A DNA stretch of 64,000 nt from Octopus sinensis (Eukaryota). Positions 27,065 to 38,952 of this stretch are shown here, piece by piece. Below the pieces are notes generated by a model. The model ran no database searches, was not told the origin of the DNA, and was given only the letters and a program-made list of their open reading frames with translations. The translations under genes and the position numbers were made by a program. How positions within the stretch are numbered: position 1 is the first letter of the stretch; every line of letters starts with the position of its first letter. The stretch is taken from NCBI RefSeq assembly GCF_006345805.1, contig NC_043002.1, positions 36,146,001 to 36,210,000 of the forward strand, read 5' to 3'.

Positions 27065-27099
<35 letters not shown>

Positions 27100-27101
<2 letters not shown>

Positions 27102-29520
27102 TACAAGAAAATGGATGCAAATAATAAGGGGAGATTTGTCGTTTTCACTGGTATGCCTTAAATTTAATTATATAACAAAGAAGAAGGAAGCAATGATGAA
27201 GGTAGCATTTATGATCGTTTCAATTTACTAGTTTTAGTAAATCTCTTCAGAATGCGAAAAATAGATTGATATATCGGTCAGGATGCAAAAATAATTGATA
27301 CATATGAGATGGTAATAGAGGCAAAGTTAGTAAGTTTAACATTGAACTTTGTACTTGAGCTGGTACTTTCGCTGGAGAGAGGTTTCATTGTAGAAGACTG
27401 GTTAGTTTTGTTGAGCAATTAGAGCGGAGTGCGTATTATTTAGGTGTGGGGTTCCGAGTTTGACTAAGTACATTTTATCGCACGTGCGTATTAAATTGGT
27501 TTAAGTCACCAGCGGTGTAAGTAAAGGGGGGTAACTCTAAATTAGGGTGAAAAGGGAGCTGATTCATTCCAGTTTTATTGGACTAGGTAGGGTGGTTAAA
27601 ATTGTATTATGGCTAAAAATTATATTATTGTTAGAGTTTAGGAAGTTCTTAGTGCTAGAAGGGGCCCTATGTAGGAGCAAAGTAAATTCTTATGGAATGC
27701 GGAGGGCAAGTGGGTTTGCAGGGTGACTGTTTGTTGTAAGTGTTTTTGGTGGTTCCCAGCTAATTAGACTTATATAGATGACTATGCTAGTTTGGGATTT
27801 ATAAAGGGTCCTATTAATTTATGGTATTTTGAAAAGGCATAAAGGCCTACTTGAAGACAAAAAATGTTATTCTACTGGTATTTTGAAAAGACATAAAGGC
27901 CCAGATGAAGACAAAAAATGTTATTCTCAAATTACTTGTTGAGGAGAGGTTGTTTAGCCGTAAGTTTAGCTAGGCATTCTGATAGGCAAAGATTGCAGTG
28001 TCTATTGGCGGTGTTGTACGAGGTTGTTTTTGTAAGTATACGCCAGTTTAATCTATAATCTATTTTTATCCTTAAGTTCCCAAATGTATGTACTGAGCCC
28101 TGTTGAGCTGGTCTTACTCTTATTTCTGAAGCTCGATTGGTGCACGTTATATCTAAGAATCATTTGGTTCTTAGTGACACCTATGTATGATTTCATTTGG
28201 TTATTTGTGTGCACATCACATTGGTAAACTACGTTATTTGTCTTGCATCTATTTGAGAAAGGGCACTTTGTTCTATCCCTGCAGCCACATAAATAATTAG
28301 GTATATCTGCATTCATGTTGTATTGTGGGAGCTGTTATTATTTAGATCTATATCTAAGTTAGCAGGAAGCGCTGCATTAGTGGTGGACTTAGTTCCATTA
28401 GTTGGTTGGTTGGTTTTTATTTTTATTGTTCACAATCTTTCTAGTTTCATAGAATTTGACTAGTTTCTTATTATTTATTGAGGCTATTATTGTGGCTAAG
28501 TTATTAATTAGACAGTGGCCTACTCTAATTTTACTCCTAAATAATTCAGCGTATTTATTATTAACGTTTAGGTGTTTGTCTATGATTTTCATTAATGAGC
28601 GAACTATGTTTGATTTGAGGTGCATGATGTATGGGATTATGAGCCAGTATCATCACTATATTGTTTATTTTTTTGTGTTGTTTTTTCTAGTATTGAAGCT
28701 ACCCTCCTTGTTTGTGAGTTGTGTGAAGTTATGGTTGTGTCTACCTTGGTTATTTACATAGTTAGGTTTCACGTTCCTGTTACTTTTGCCTGTCCTATTG
28801 GTGTTATTATTGTAGGGTTCATGTAGGTTAGAGAGCCTGGTTTTCTTGTTATTAACAGGGTTCATATTAGTTCGTTGGGTGACTTTAGTTTTATTGGTAC
28901 CGATGTGTAGGTTTATTCTATGTTTGTAGCTAATGTTACTTTGGGGCTTATTTGTGTACTTTGTGTCATTAGTTTTGTTAATATTGTTAATCTTATTTAA
29001 TATCACTTTATCAGTATGAGTGTTGCAGTTATTTTTATTATTAGTGATTTGTGTATGGGCCTTGGTGTTGTTTATGTTGGGGTTACCCGTAGTGTTCTTA
29101 TTGTTGGTGTGGTTGGTGTTAGTGGTATTAGTGCATGGGTTTATGTTATATGGACTATTTGTAGGGTGATTAGGGTCAAGGTATTTGATTTTTTGTTTAA
29201 ATCCTGCTTTCCATAGTGTGGAGTTATAAATTTCTTTATGTCTATTAATGATATCTATGTTGGAAGAGAGACATGATATTCTATTGCTAATGCTATGTAC
29301 TAAGCTTCTCCTAATAAAGTTTGGGTGGTTACTAGAAGCATTTACGCATTTGAAGTCTGTGTTGGGTTTTCATGGAGTCCTGTGGCTAGGTTGCAAGTTG
29401 TGTCTAAGGTTAATAGAGGTGTGTTCCTTTTCAATAGAAATAGATAGTCCAAAAGAATTTAAAGAATTTGTGTAGTCTTTTCTTGATAAGCTCTAGTTTC
29501 CTATTTCAGGGTTTATTTAT
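27100..29520 (-). mobile_element. Penelope-like retroelement (5'-truncated, frameshifted): RT C-terminus, Asn-rich linker, C-terminal GIY-YIG endonuclease, 3' region with hammerhead
   Basis: SSNHPNFIRRSLVHSISNRISCLSS (RT C-terminus); KSNIVRSLMKIIDKHL; CGCRDRTKCPFSNRCKTNNVVY...YIGVTKN...RYNVHQSSF; after a frameshift, NWRIL...HCNLCLSE...LLNK*. Confidence 0.9.
27205..27255 (-). ncRNA. Minimal type-I hammerhead ribozyme (Penelope-associated)
   Basis: GCATT-CTGAAGA-GATTTACTA(AAAC)TAGTAAATT-GAA-ACGATCAT-A-AATGC: 5-bp stem I, canonical CUGANGA and GAAA core, 9-bp stem II, near-palindromic stem III. Confidence 0.85.
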
Positions 29521-29639
29521 TATAAAGAGGGAGTCATCCTGTGTAATCTGCCTTTGCGTGCTGCTTTCATACATACAGGAAGAATTACCAGCTTATCCTG
29601 TCTCTTCATAAGCTCATCTCCTTAAACATTCAGAATAAT

Positions 29640-31190
29640 TTTTCCATCGTCTTGGCTTAACAGCCCTCATCGTTTGTTTTTACTGCTTTGTTCACATTGT
29701 TCTGTCTTTTACTGTTTTGTTCTCACTGTCCTGTTCTTGTTACCACTTTCACCCTCTGCAAAAAATCCCAAATTTTATTTAATTTGCTTTGCGGGTAGGA
29801 CTGTTTCAATGAAGTCACGTCTTGTCCTTACCTTCGAAACGTGGAGTAGATGAAACAGGGACAACTAAAGAAGGGGAATATTCTTTATGTTGTATGTCTC
29901 GTTTTTCTGTGTTTTTTTCGTTGTTTGAAAAAAGTTTGTTTCGATGTTTTTTTTTATGTTTTTGTTTCTCATTGTGTTCACCATTTTATTTTATGTCCTG
30001 TACCCATATATGCATGTATATATACATATACATACATATATATATATATAATATTATTGTTCTTTTTTACAAAATATATAGAACTGCTAAAAAGAAGTGC
30101 TCGGGTCAAACTTGAGACAAAAGATATCAAGAATGTGATTTTATGAGGATACCTTTCCTGATGAAGGGGATGTTGCCCACATGGTTTGTTAGATTTATTA
30201 ATTTTTCTACCAGGACATGAGCTGAAAGTGAACCTCTTCGCACTATATCATATATCTTATACACCATTTATATTTTTAAAAAAGACACTGAACTCCATGG
30301 ATCTATTAATCCAGACTCTTAACTTCAGTACAAAAGAATTCTTTTCAGTCTTTTTTCTTACACTTTCAGGCATCTCAACAATCTCACCATACCTACCTTT
30401 CAATGTGCCTACACTGACAGTGCCAATTTTGAGTGAACATAAAGGAATGCTGGAGGTAACTGTGGCTTTCAACATCTGAAAAGAAGATTGTAATGCACAT
30501 TTGCCAGCAAACATGTCATTAGTAGTTGTCCTCACCTTTAATCCTCCATCATTCACATCACCCTTGCTACCTCTGCTGGACGTGGATGTTGTGCAGTGTG
30601 TGTGTGTGTGTGTGCATATATATATCTGGTTTTCTCTACAACCATTCCTCTTTTTTCTCTCCCCTTCCCTTTCTCTTACTCCTCCTCCCCTATTCCGTTG
30701 CTGGTCAGCGATGAGGAAACTACTGTCTTTTCTGACCTTGCTTCACCCGAGTGTAGACGGCATTTTCTGTGGCTCCTTCGCCGTTCTCAAAAATAGCGTT
30801 CGTAATATTTTATCTCGTTTGGCTTAACAGCCCTTCTTATCTGTTTTACTGTTATTCTCCTTGTCCTGTCTTTTATTGTTTATATTTTGTACTGTCATTA
30901 CTGTCCTGTTTTTGTTACCATTTTTACCCGTCCGCAAAAAAATCTCAAATTTTATTTAATTTGTATTTCGCGGGAAGGAATGTTTCAGCCGAAGTCGCGT
31001 CTCGCCTTCACCTTCGAAACACGGAGTAGATGAAACCATGGCGACTGAAGAAGGGGAATTTTCCTTGTGTTATTTGTCCTGTACTCTATTTTTTCATTGT
31101 TTAAGAAAAATGTCCAGTTCCTTGGTTTTGTGTTTATGTTTTCGTTTCTCATTGTGTTTGACGTTTTTTTTGTGTCCTGTACCCATATAT
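29640..31190 (+). repeat. Two diverged copies of a roughly 350-bp repeat (about 29640-30000 and 30810-31190)
   Basis: Shared TGGCTTAACAGCCC, CAAATTTTATTTAATTTG, CCTTCGAAAC..GGAGTAGATGAAAC and AAGAAGGGGAAT blocks. Confidence 0.8.
30380..30570 (-). mobile_element. RTE LINE 5' end (start of the endonuclease)
   Basis: LKIGTVSVGTLKGRYGEIVEM resembles the RTE APE N-terminus. Confidence 0.65.
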
Positions 31191-31414
31191 GCATGTTTAT
31201 ATACATGTAGATGTAGGTACGTACATATATGTATGTATATATGCATATGTTTTATTTATCAATTTATTACATGACAGAACGCACGCATCCATTTCTGACT
31301 AAGTTTGTTCTTCTATAAAGTTAATCCAAACAAGAAAGCACAAAAAAACACAACGCGAGGACGTGGAACAAATATAGTATTATTGGACACTCAGGAAAGA
31401 AGGAAAGAAGGAGG

Positions 31415-31449
31415 GTTTAACGTTTCGAGCGGAGCTCTTCGTCGGAAAC
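31415..31449 (-). ncRNA. Variant minimal hammerhead motif (CCGACGA core, extra A, ACGT palindromic stem III)
   Basis: GTTT-CCGACGA-A-GAGC(TCC)GCTC-GAA-ACGT-T-AAAC; all three stems pair; the core differs from canonical by U4 to C. Confidence 0.7.
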
Positions 31450-31527
31450 AGGAGAAGGAAAGATCCAGAGAAGGGAAGACAGAGGGAAAAAAAATCGCCA
31501 ACAGTTCACACGAGCTCACATTTTGTT

Positions 31528-31571
<44 letters not shown>

Positions 31572-31959
31572 CACACACACACATTTTGTTCTTCTATATA
31601 TATATATACACACACACACACATATACATAATCTCTTTTGGTCACAAATGACTATGGGATTTCACCTACCAAGTTGCCCTCCAAAGCAAGGTTGTCTGCC
31701 CATGCATACCAGTCTCCCTATTCCATGCCACTGATGCCCTCCAAGCGAAAAACAAAGGCTGATACTGTTTGACACCAGTGAGGTGAGTGAACTCAAACAA
31801 CATGAAATAATGTTTTGCTCAAGAACACATAGCCTGGTCCAGGTATCAAACTCACAACCTCACAATTGTAGGCCCCAAGGGCCATGTGCTTCCACTTGCA
31901 CACATACACACACACATATATATATATATGATCTCACTTTAGACCCAGCAAAGTGAGAT

Positions 31960-33780
31960 CCTGTATGGCTTGAAGACATGCTGGCATGGGTTAGATGCCT
32001 TGACAGAAGCTGCACAAGGTTCCATAGTTTGTTTTGACTTGGTTTCTACAGCTGGATGTCCTTCTTAATTCCAACCACTTTACAGAATGTACTGGGTGCT
32101 TTTTACATGGCACCGATAAGTGCTTTGTATGTGACACTGGAATGAGTGCTTTTATGTGGTACCAGCACAGGTACTTTCAATGTGACACTGGCACAAGTGC
32201 TACTTACATGGCATCAGCACAGATTCTTTTCTACATGACACCAAGGGTTCTTTTGTATGTGACACCAGCACAAGTGCATTTTATGTGACATTTATATAAG
32301 TGATTTTTATGTGACACTGAAATGAGTGCATTTTGCATGGCACCAGCACCCACAAGCTCACAAGACAAAGACCTCTCAGCTGAGAGAGAGAGAGTAGGAG
32401 GCATAGCCATAAAGAACATGCCTGTATGTAAAGATGGCTGTGATTTTACTTGGTTTGACATGTCAAGTGCAGTAAATTACCACAAGTCCTGGTCCCTTGT
32501 CATCTCCTCAGTGAGGCTCAAAGTCTGAAAATCCTTTCTCACTACTTCATCCCATATCTTCCTGGATCTACTTCCACAGGTTCTCTCAACAGTTAGTTAT
32601 CAGCACTTCTTGATGCAGCTGCCCTCATCCATATGCATCACATGACCATACCAGCACAGTCTTCTCTCTTGCATGCAGCATCTGATACCTCTTATATCCA
32701 ATTTTTCTCTTAATTCATTTACACTCTGCTGTAATGCACACTTAAATTTACCCATCCAGCAGGGTATGCAGGCTTCATTTCTTTCAAGCCTTCATGTGGT
32801 GCCCTCTGTAGACACAGCCCATGTTTCACAACCATGCAGCATAGCTGTACATACACAGGCATCATACAATCTACTTTTCACTCTTAGGGAGAAAGCCTTT
32901 GTTACCAACAAAGGTAGTAAATTTCTGAATTTTGCCCAGCCTGTTCTTATTCTAGCAACTATGCTTTCAGAACTTGCTCCTCCACTGCTAACTTGGCCAT
33001 CTAGGCAACAAAAGTTACCTACTACTTCTTAGGAAGCCCCAGATATTTGAGGAAGTCTATTCTTTGTGCCTTCTCAATGTTTAGTTTACTTGCATGCTTG
33101 TTACACACAATGACTACTTTCTCTGTTAACCATCCTGTGATGCCACTGTGCCTTGCGTCCATAGCTTACACTAGGTACACTGTATGGCATTTCTACCAAC
33201 ACCTTTCCGACATATTGAGCAGGACCATCTCCCTGAAGAGATTTGTGATTTGTCTCCTTTCCTACATACTAGGACCTTGGTCTTAGCTAAATTAACTCAA
33301 AGGTCCTTCAATTCCAGACCTTGCTTCCACACTTGAAATTTCCTCTCTAGTTCAGGTAGTGATTTAGTTACAAGAACAAGGTCATCAGCATAGAGAGCTC
33401 CCAAGGGCAGCCTGTCTTGAATTCCTCTGTTATGGCCTGGAGGACAATGATAAACAAGAACTGATCCTTGGTGAACTCCTACTTGTACACTACATTCATT
33501 GCTATAATCATTGCCAACTTATACCTTACTGACAACATCACTGTACATGGCTTATACAGCTCTAACCAACCACACATCTATCCTTAGTTTCCATATTGAC
33601 CACCATATGAGGGAGTGGGGATCTCTGTCAAAGGCTTTCTCCAAGACAACAAAAGCCAAGTACAGAGGTTATTCTTGGCTAAATACTTCCCCTGCAATTG
33701 GCTTAAGAAGATAGCATCAGTAGTGCTTTTCTCTGACACAAAACCAAACTGCATCTCATTCAAATTTTCCTTGAATCAAT
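31960..33780 (-). mobile_element. Degenerate RTE LINE (RT to 3' UTR)
   Basis: Clear similarity to 54902-56527 along the RT, finger and tail. Confidence 0.85.
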
Positions 33781-35901
33781 GAGAATCACTTTCTCATTGG
33801 TTCATGAAATGTATCAGTGAAAGAGCTTCTCAGTTTCACTTTAGCTTACAGTGGGAAGATGTACTATCTGAAACACCAGTTTAGAATTGTGGGTTTTTGA
33901 AGAGTTAGCAATTGCAAATTCTTCAGCTATTAATCCAATCAACTTGGCTTTAATAGATACATGCTTTACTCCTATATGTTATTAGTTAAAAGAATGACCT
34001 GTTTAGATTTTTCCAGAGTGGTGAGATATATGCAGGTAATTTTTAGCTTGGATATTTGCATGCTGGTGGCATGTAAAAAGCACCATCCAATCGTCTAGCA
34101 CCTGTGCAGGTGGCACGTAAAAAGCACCCACTACACTCACGGAGTGGTTGGCGTTAGGAAGGGCATCCAGTTGTAGAAACACTGCCAGATCAGACTGGGC
34201 CTGGCGCAGCCTTCTGGCTTCCCAGAGCCCAGTTGAACTATCCAACCCATGCTAGCATGGAAAACGGACGTTAAACGATGATGATGACAACTGGAAAAAT
34301 GAGAGAGAGGAAATTCCAGATTACAATTATGACGAAGAGTCTAGATGAAGCATATTAAATATAATGGAGAAAAATAACCTGACAGGTGGAAAGGGTATAA
34401 AGCTAGCTAATTCAAAAGAGCAAAGATTGTTATAATAGCAATAGAAAAGTAGTGTCTTCCCCTACTATTACTACCTTTATTAATTTATTACATCTTTCAG
34501 GATTAAACTTACCAGGCTGTGAAGCCTTAATAGCGAAGATGGTGACAGTGGATTCCTTTTCTTTTCTTTCTTCCTTCTGCTGTCAATGTTTTATGACCTG
34601 GATTACACTAGTTGCCAAGTAAATATATGGAAGATGAAATAAGAAGTACAAGGCATTTTTGTTTTGTTTTGTTTTTTTTTTTTGTTTCTTTCAATTTTTT
34701 AATGATTACATTTTATTTAGTTTTTAACACTGAGCAATATGAAATAAACAGTCTAGTTAATTTTAATATTATGTCTGTATGTATGTGTGTGTGTGCATGC
34801 GTGTCTCTAAGTTTGGGGAGCCACACATTTTTGCAAGAAGTAAACAGTCAATTTAATCAACCCCAGAACATGCCTGGTACTTAATTAATCAGCTCTCAAG
34901 AGACGAAAGGCAAAGTTGCCCCTGGTGGAATTTGAACTCAGACTGTAGAGAAGTAAAATTAAATACTAAAGGGTATTTAGTCGAGCACTATATCAGTTCT
35001 GCTAACTTGCTACCCTTAATAAAATAACAATGATGATTAATTGTGTTTAGACACAAGATAATTTTCTGTAAGAAACAGGTATAGTTGATCCAATAACCAA
35101 CTTGCTACCTTTAAAAGAAATACTAATAATGGTGAAGGTAATATGGATTGTGTGTAAGCTAGATGGCAAGATGCCAAAATCAGAAATATCAATTAAAGAG
35201 CAATAAAGTAAGTCAAAAAACAAAAGCAATATTTACAGAGTAACCATCTGTCAATGTGTGTGTAGGAAATAGATAAGGAAAACAAATTAGAAGAAAGCAG
35301 TCAAATGTGATTACAGCCGAAGTGAGTCTCATGTCTAGAAGACAAAACTAAAATTTTTGTATCAAAGGTCTAAAACAAATCTCTGATACAAAAATTACTA
35401 TAGAGACATTTTTGGGGAAAGAACTTCTACCTTAAGTTAAATATTACATAAAAAGAAAGATTGAATGGGTGGAGAAAATATGTAAGTATAAAGGTAATCA
35501 ATAGGAAAATGGTAGGAATAAAATAAGTCAGTGAATAAGAATAAATAAAGATCATGTCAAAAGACATATTTTCAACGTAAATTTTTTACTAGTTCATTCA
35601 TTAATATATGATTGAATTTATGTATAATACACATATGTACCTACGATTGTACATGTGTGTGTACTCACACACACACACACGTATACACACATGCAGATAT
35701 TTATATATACAGACATATATATATATAAGTGCACTCACGCACACACATACATGTATTAAAGAATGAACAATAAAAACATTTTGTGTGTGTGTGCGTGCGC
35801 ATATATATATATATACACACATACACATATGTACATACACACACACACATACGTGTATATACATGCATATATACATGTAAAAATATACATACATCTATCT
35901 A

Positions 35902-35933
<32 letters not shown>

Positions 35934-35934
<1 letters not shown>

Positions 35935-36055
35935 TTTATTTAAAAGCAGCAGAAATTTAACAAAAGCTGTTACTCGGGGTTCACGTTCCCGTTCGTAGAG
36001 AACGTGAAACTCCGAGTAACAGCTTTTGTTAAATTTCTGCTGCTTTTAAATAAAG
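35934..36055. repeat. Near-perfect inverted repeat (55/56-bp arms, 11-nt spacer) with its junction inside a hammerhead-like motif
   Basis: The arms differ by one substitution and one indel; the right arm reads GAACGT-GAA-ACTCCGAGT-A-ACAG; flanked by (TA)n. Confidence 0.9.
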
Positions 36056-36131
36056 CATATTACTCTACCTCTGGTATTTGAGTACTCTTTTTTCCACCTT
36101 GTTTCACATTTATGTGTTTACTCCGGTATAC

Positions 36132-36164
<33 letters not shown>

Positions 36165-36654
36165 CATACATACACACACACACATTTCAGAGGTATACTT
36201 GCCAGGCAAGTTATTTAATCTGAGACTGTGAGTTGAAACTTATATAACTGCACTGTGGAAGACACATATTAACCATTTGAAAACACACAAAGACTATTAA
36301 TATCACCAAAATATTTTTTTTATTTTCAGTAAAGTTAATTGCTTCTGCATGTTTTCAAATGGCTAATATCGGCCGTACACACTGTAATTGCTACATACAT
36401 ATATATATGTATGTGAAAAGATATGCGTATATATATGAATGTGTGTGTGTGTACACATACATATATGTATATTCATATATATGTAAAAAAAAATATACAC
36501 ATGTGTATGTGTAAAAATGTACACAAGTATCTATAAATATAAAACTATTTATATCATGTATATATATATATGTATATATTAAATAAGTATATATTATGTA
36601 TCTCTCTTTCTCCCTCCTTCTCTCTCTCTCCCTCTATATATATATATCTATATA

Positions 36655-36700
<46 letters not shown>

Positions 36701-37736
36701 TATACAAAGACATATTTATTTGTAATATGTGTATGTGTGTGTGTATACATATTATATGCGTCTAGTATAAACATATACATATATGTATATTTCTGTTAGG
36801 TATATATGTATTAACACACATACTTATTTCAGTCTTTTTTATCAAACATAGTCAATCAAATTCTATGCCTGGCCTTGTGATCATCATCAGTCAATCAACC
36901 TGTATCTTCAGTGACATCAGTTTGAGCTATACTCTTTTCATAAAAAGAAGTAAATTTTCACACACCAGTTAGAATCAAGGCAATGACATGATAGTATTAT
37001 GTCCCTCCATATTGTGATAGCTTTGAATTGGCAATCATGAAATTGTGACTCATCACAACACCTGTCATACATATATATGTATGTATTCGTGAGTGGAACG
37101 CTTCCTTGTTTTGACATCAAGCAATTGTTGTAAATGAGCTGCCACCATACAAGCAACATTATTTGCTTCCAATGTTTCATGAAAAACATGGCTACCTGAA
37201 CAAATTCTGTCTGAGCCAAGTAAGCCTAGGAAAGTTGACATTAAAATAGTGATGATGATGACATACAAAATATACATATAAATATCAACATCATCGTCAT
37301 TTTAATGTCCACTTTCCCATATTTGCATGGGTTGGGCATCATTTTTGAGACAAATTTTCTACAGCCTGATGCCCTTACTGTCACCAATCCTCACTTGTTT
37401 TCAGGTAAAGTAATAATTTGACTTAGACATGTTTTTCACAGAAGACTGGCAATGACTAACACTGCTTGCATTAGGGTGATGTTTGCTTACAACTATCACA
37501 TGATGTCAAGATAAGAAGACATAAACAGACACATACATACGCATGTATATATACATTGGTATATATAATTATGTGTATATGTGAACATGTATTATATGTA
37601 TGCACTTATATATATATCTATGTATGTGTATATGAATCTATATCTACACAAACATATATATACACACCTATTAAAGAAACATTTTATATATGTGTGTGTA
37701 TGTGTACATACACACACACACACATATATACACATA

Positions 37737-38952
37737 CAGGGTGTTCATAAATTTTCTTCATAACTTCCACAATTTATTGTATTTATTAATGTGGAGCTCC
37801 ATCAATCAACTTCTTTGCATGTTAAATAAATATTAAAATTTTTGTCTTTAAATGTGTTCATTATTATCACTGACTTTTAATGAAAATGACAACACCACAA
37901 GAGAAAGTGCCATGTGTATCCTGGTACATAGAGACCAAATCAGATAGGCACTCAGGTTCAATAGAATTACCATACAATGTATGGAAGAAAACCCCACTAA
38001 CTCATGTAAGTATCCGTGTTTATGAAAACAGGAAACATCCTACAGAAAACAGGGGCTGAACAACCTAGAACATCTGTGCAAAATGTTGAGTGAATTCGGG
38101 CAGCATTTCATTGTGGTCCTACTAAGTCCATTTGTACAGCAAGTAGATAGTTAAATTTACCATGGTCAATAATACACAAAGTTTTGCACAAGAACTTGAG
38201 GCTTTATGTTTATATAGTACAACTTTTACCAGATGTCAAACCCCTAAGTAAACAATTTGCGGTGGACATGTTAGCTTGATTAGTTGCAGATGAAGGCTTC
38301 CTTCAAAAGATTTGTTTCAGCAACGAAGCAATATTTCATGTATCAGAAATGATAAACAAGCACAACATCAGGATCTGGAGCTCAGAAAACTCACATGAAA
38401 CAAGAGAACTGGAGAGAAACAGCCCCAAAGTCAATACTTGGAGTGATTGGCCCATTTTCCTTTACTGAAGAAACAAATACTTCCAACACATACCTTCATC
38501 TTTTACAAGAATTTGTTGCACCACAGTTGCATCCAACAGTTATTTTCCAACAAGACAGTGTGCTGTCCCATTAAAGGCTGAGTGTTTGAGAGTTTCTTAA
38601 TGAAACTTTCCCAAACCAGTGGAGTGGAAGACGTGGTGGTCCAGCTCACCTAAGTCACCAGATATAATCCCTTTTTCTTATGGGACTACATAAAGTCAAA
38701 GTCTATTGTACAAAAGTGCAGGAAGGACTTCAATGACCACAAAGAAAATTACACCAAGCTACATCCAACATTGATGAGAAGATGCTCCAACACACATGGC
38801 CAGAAACTGAGCATCAACTAGATGAACTGCATGCAGTCAATGGAGTCTACATGGAAGCATTCTGATGTTTCTAATGAAGATGTATTTATTTGCCTTATTC
38901 TCCATTTTTCCCCGAATTTTTAAAATTGTAAAAGTAATTTATAGACATTCTG
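37737..38952 (+). mobile_element. Degenerate Tc1/mariner-superfamily transposon (FSDE...QQDGA...SPD type)
   Basis: TA-CAGGGTGTTCATAAATT left end with a 14/18 matching inverted right end; MTTPQEKVPCVSWY, FSNEAIFHVS, FQQD, SPDIIP motifs; many stops. Confidence 0.8.

Noticed and set aside
28620-28640. In-frame TGA codons in the Penelope ORF as selenocysteine
   Set aside because: They occur together with TAA/TAG at a frameshift, are not at Cys positions, and no SECIS was recognised.
30157-30180. CTGATGA-A-GGGG...CCC, a hammerhead 5' half
   Set aside because: No GAAA or stem III follows; at most a truncated relic.
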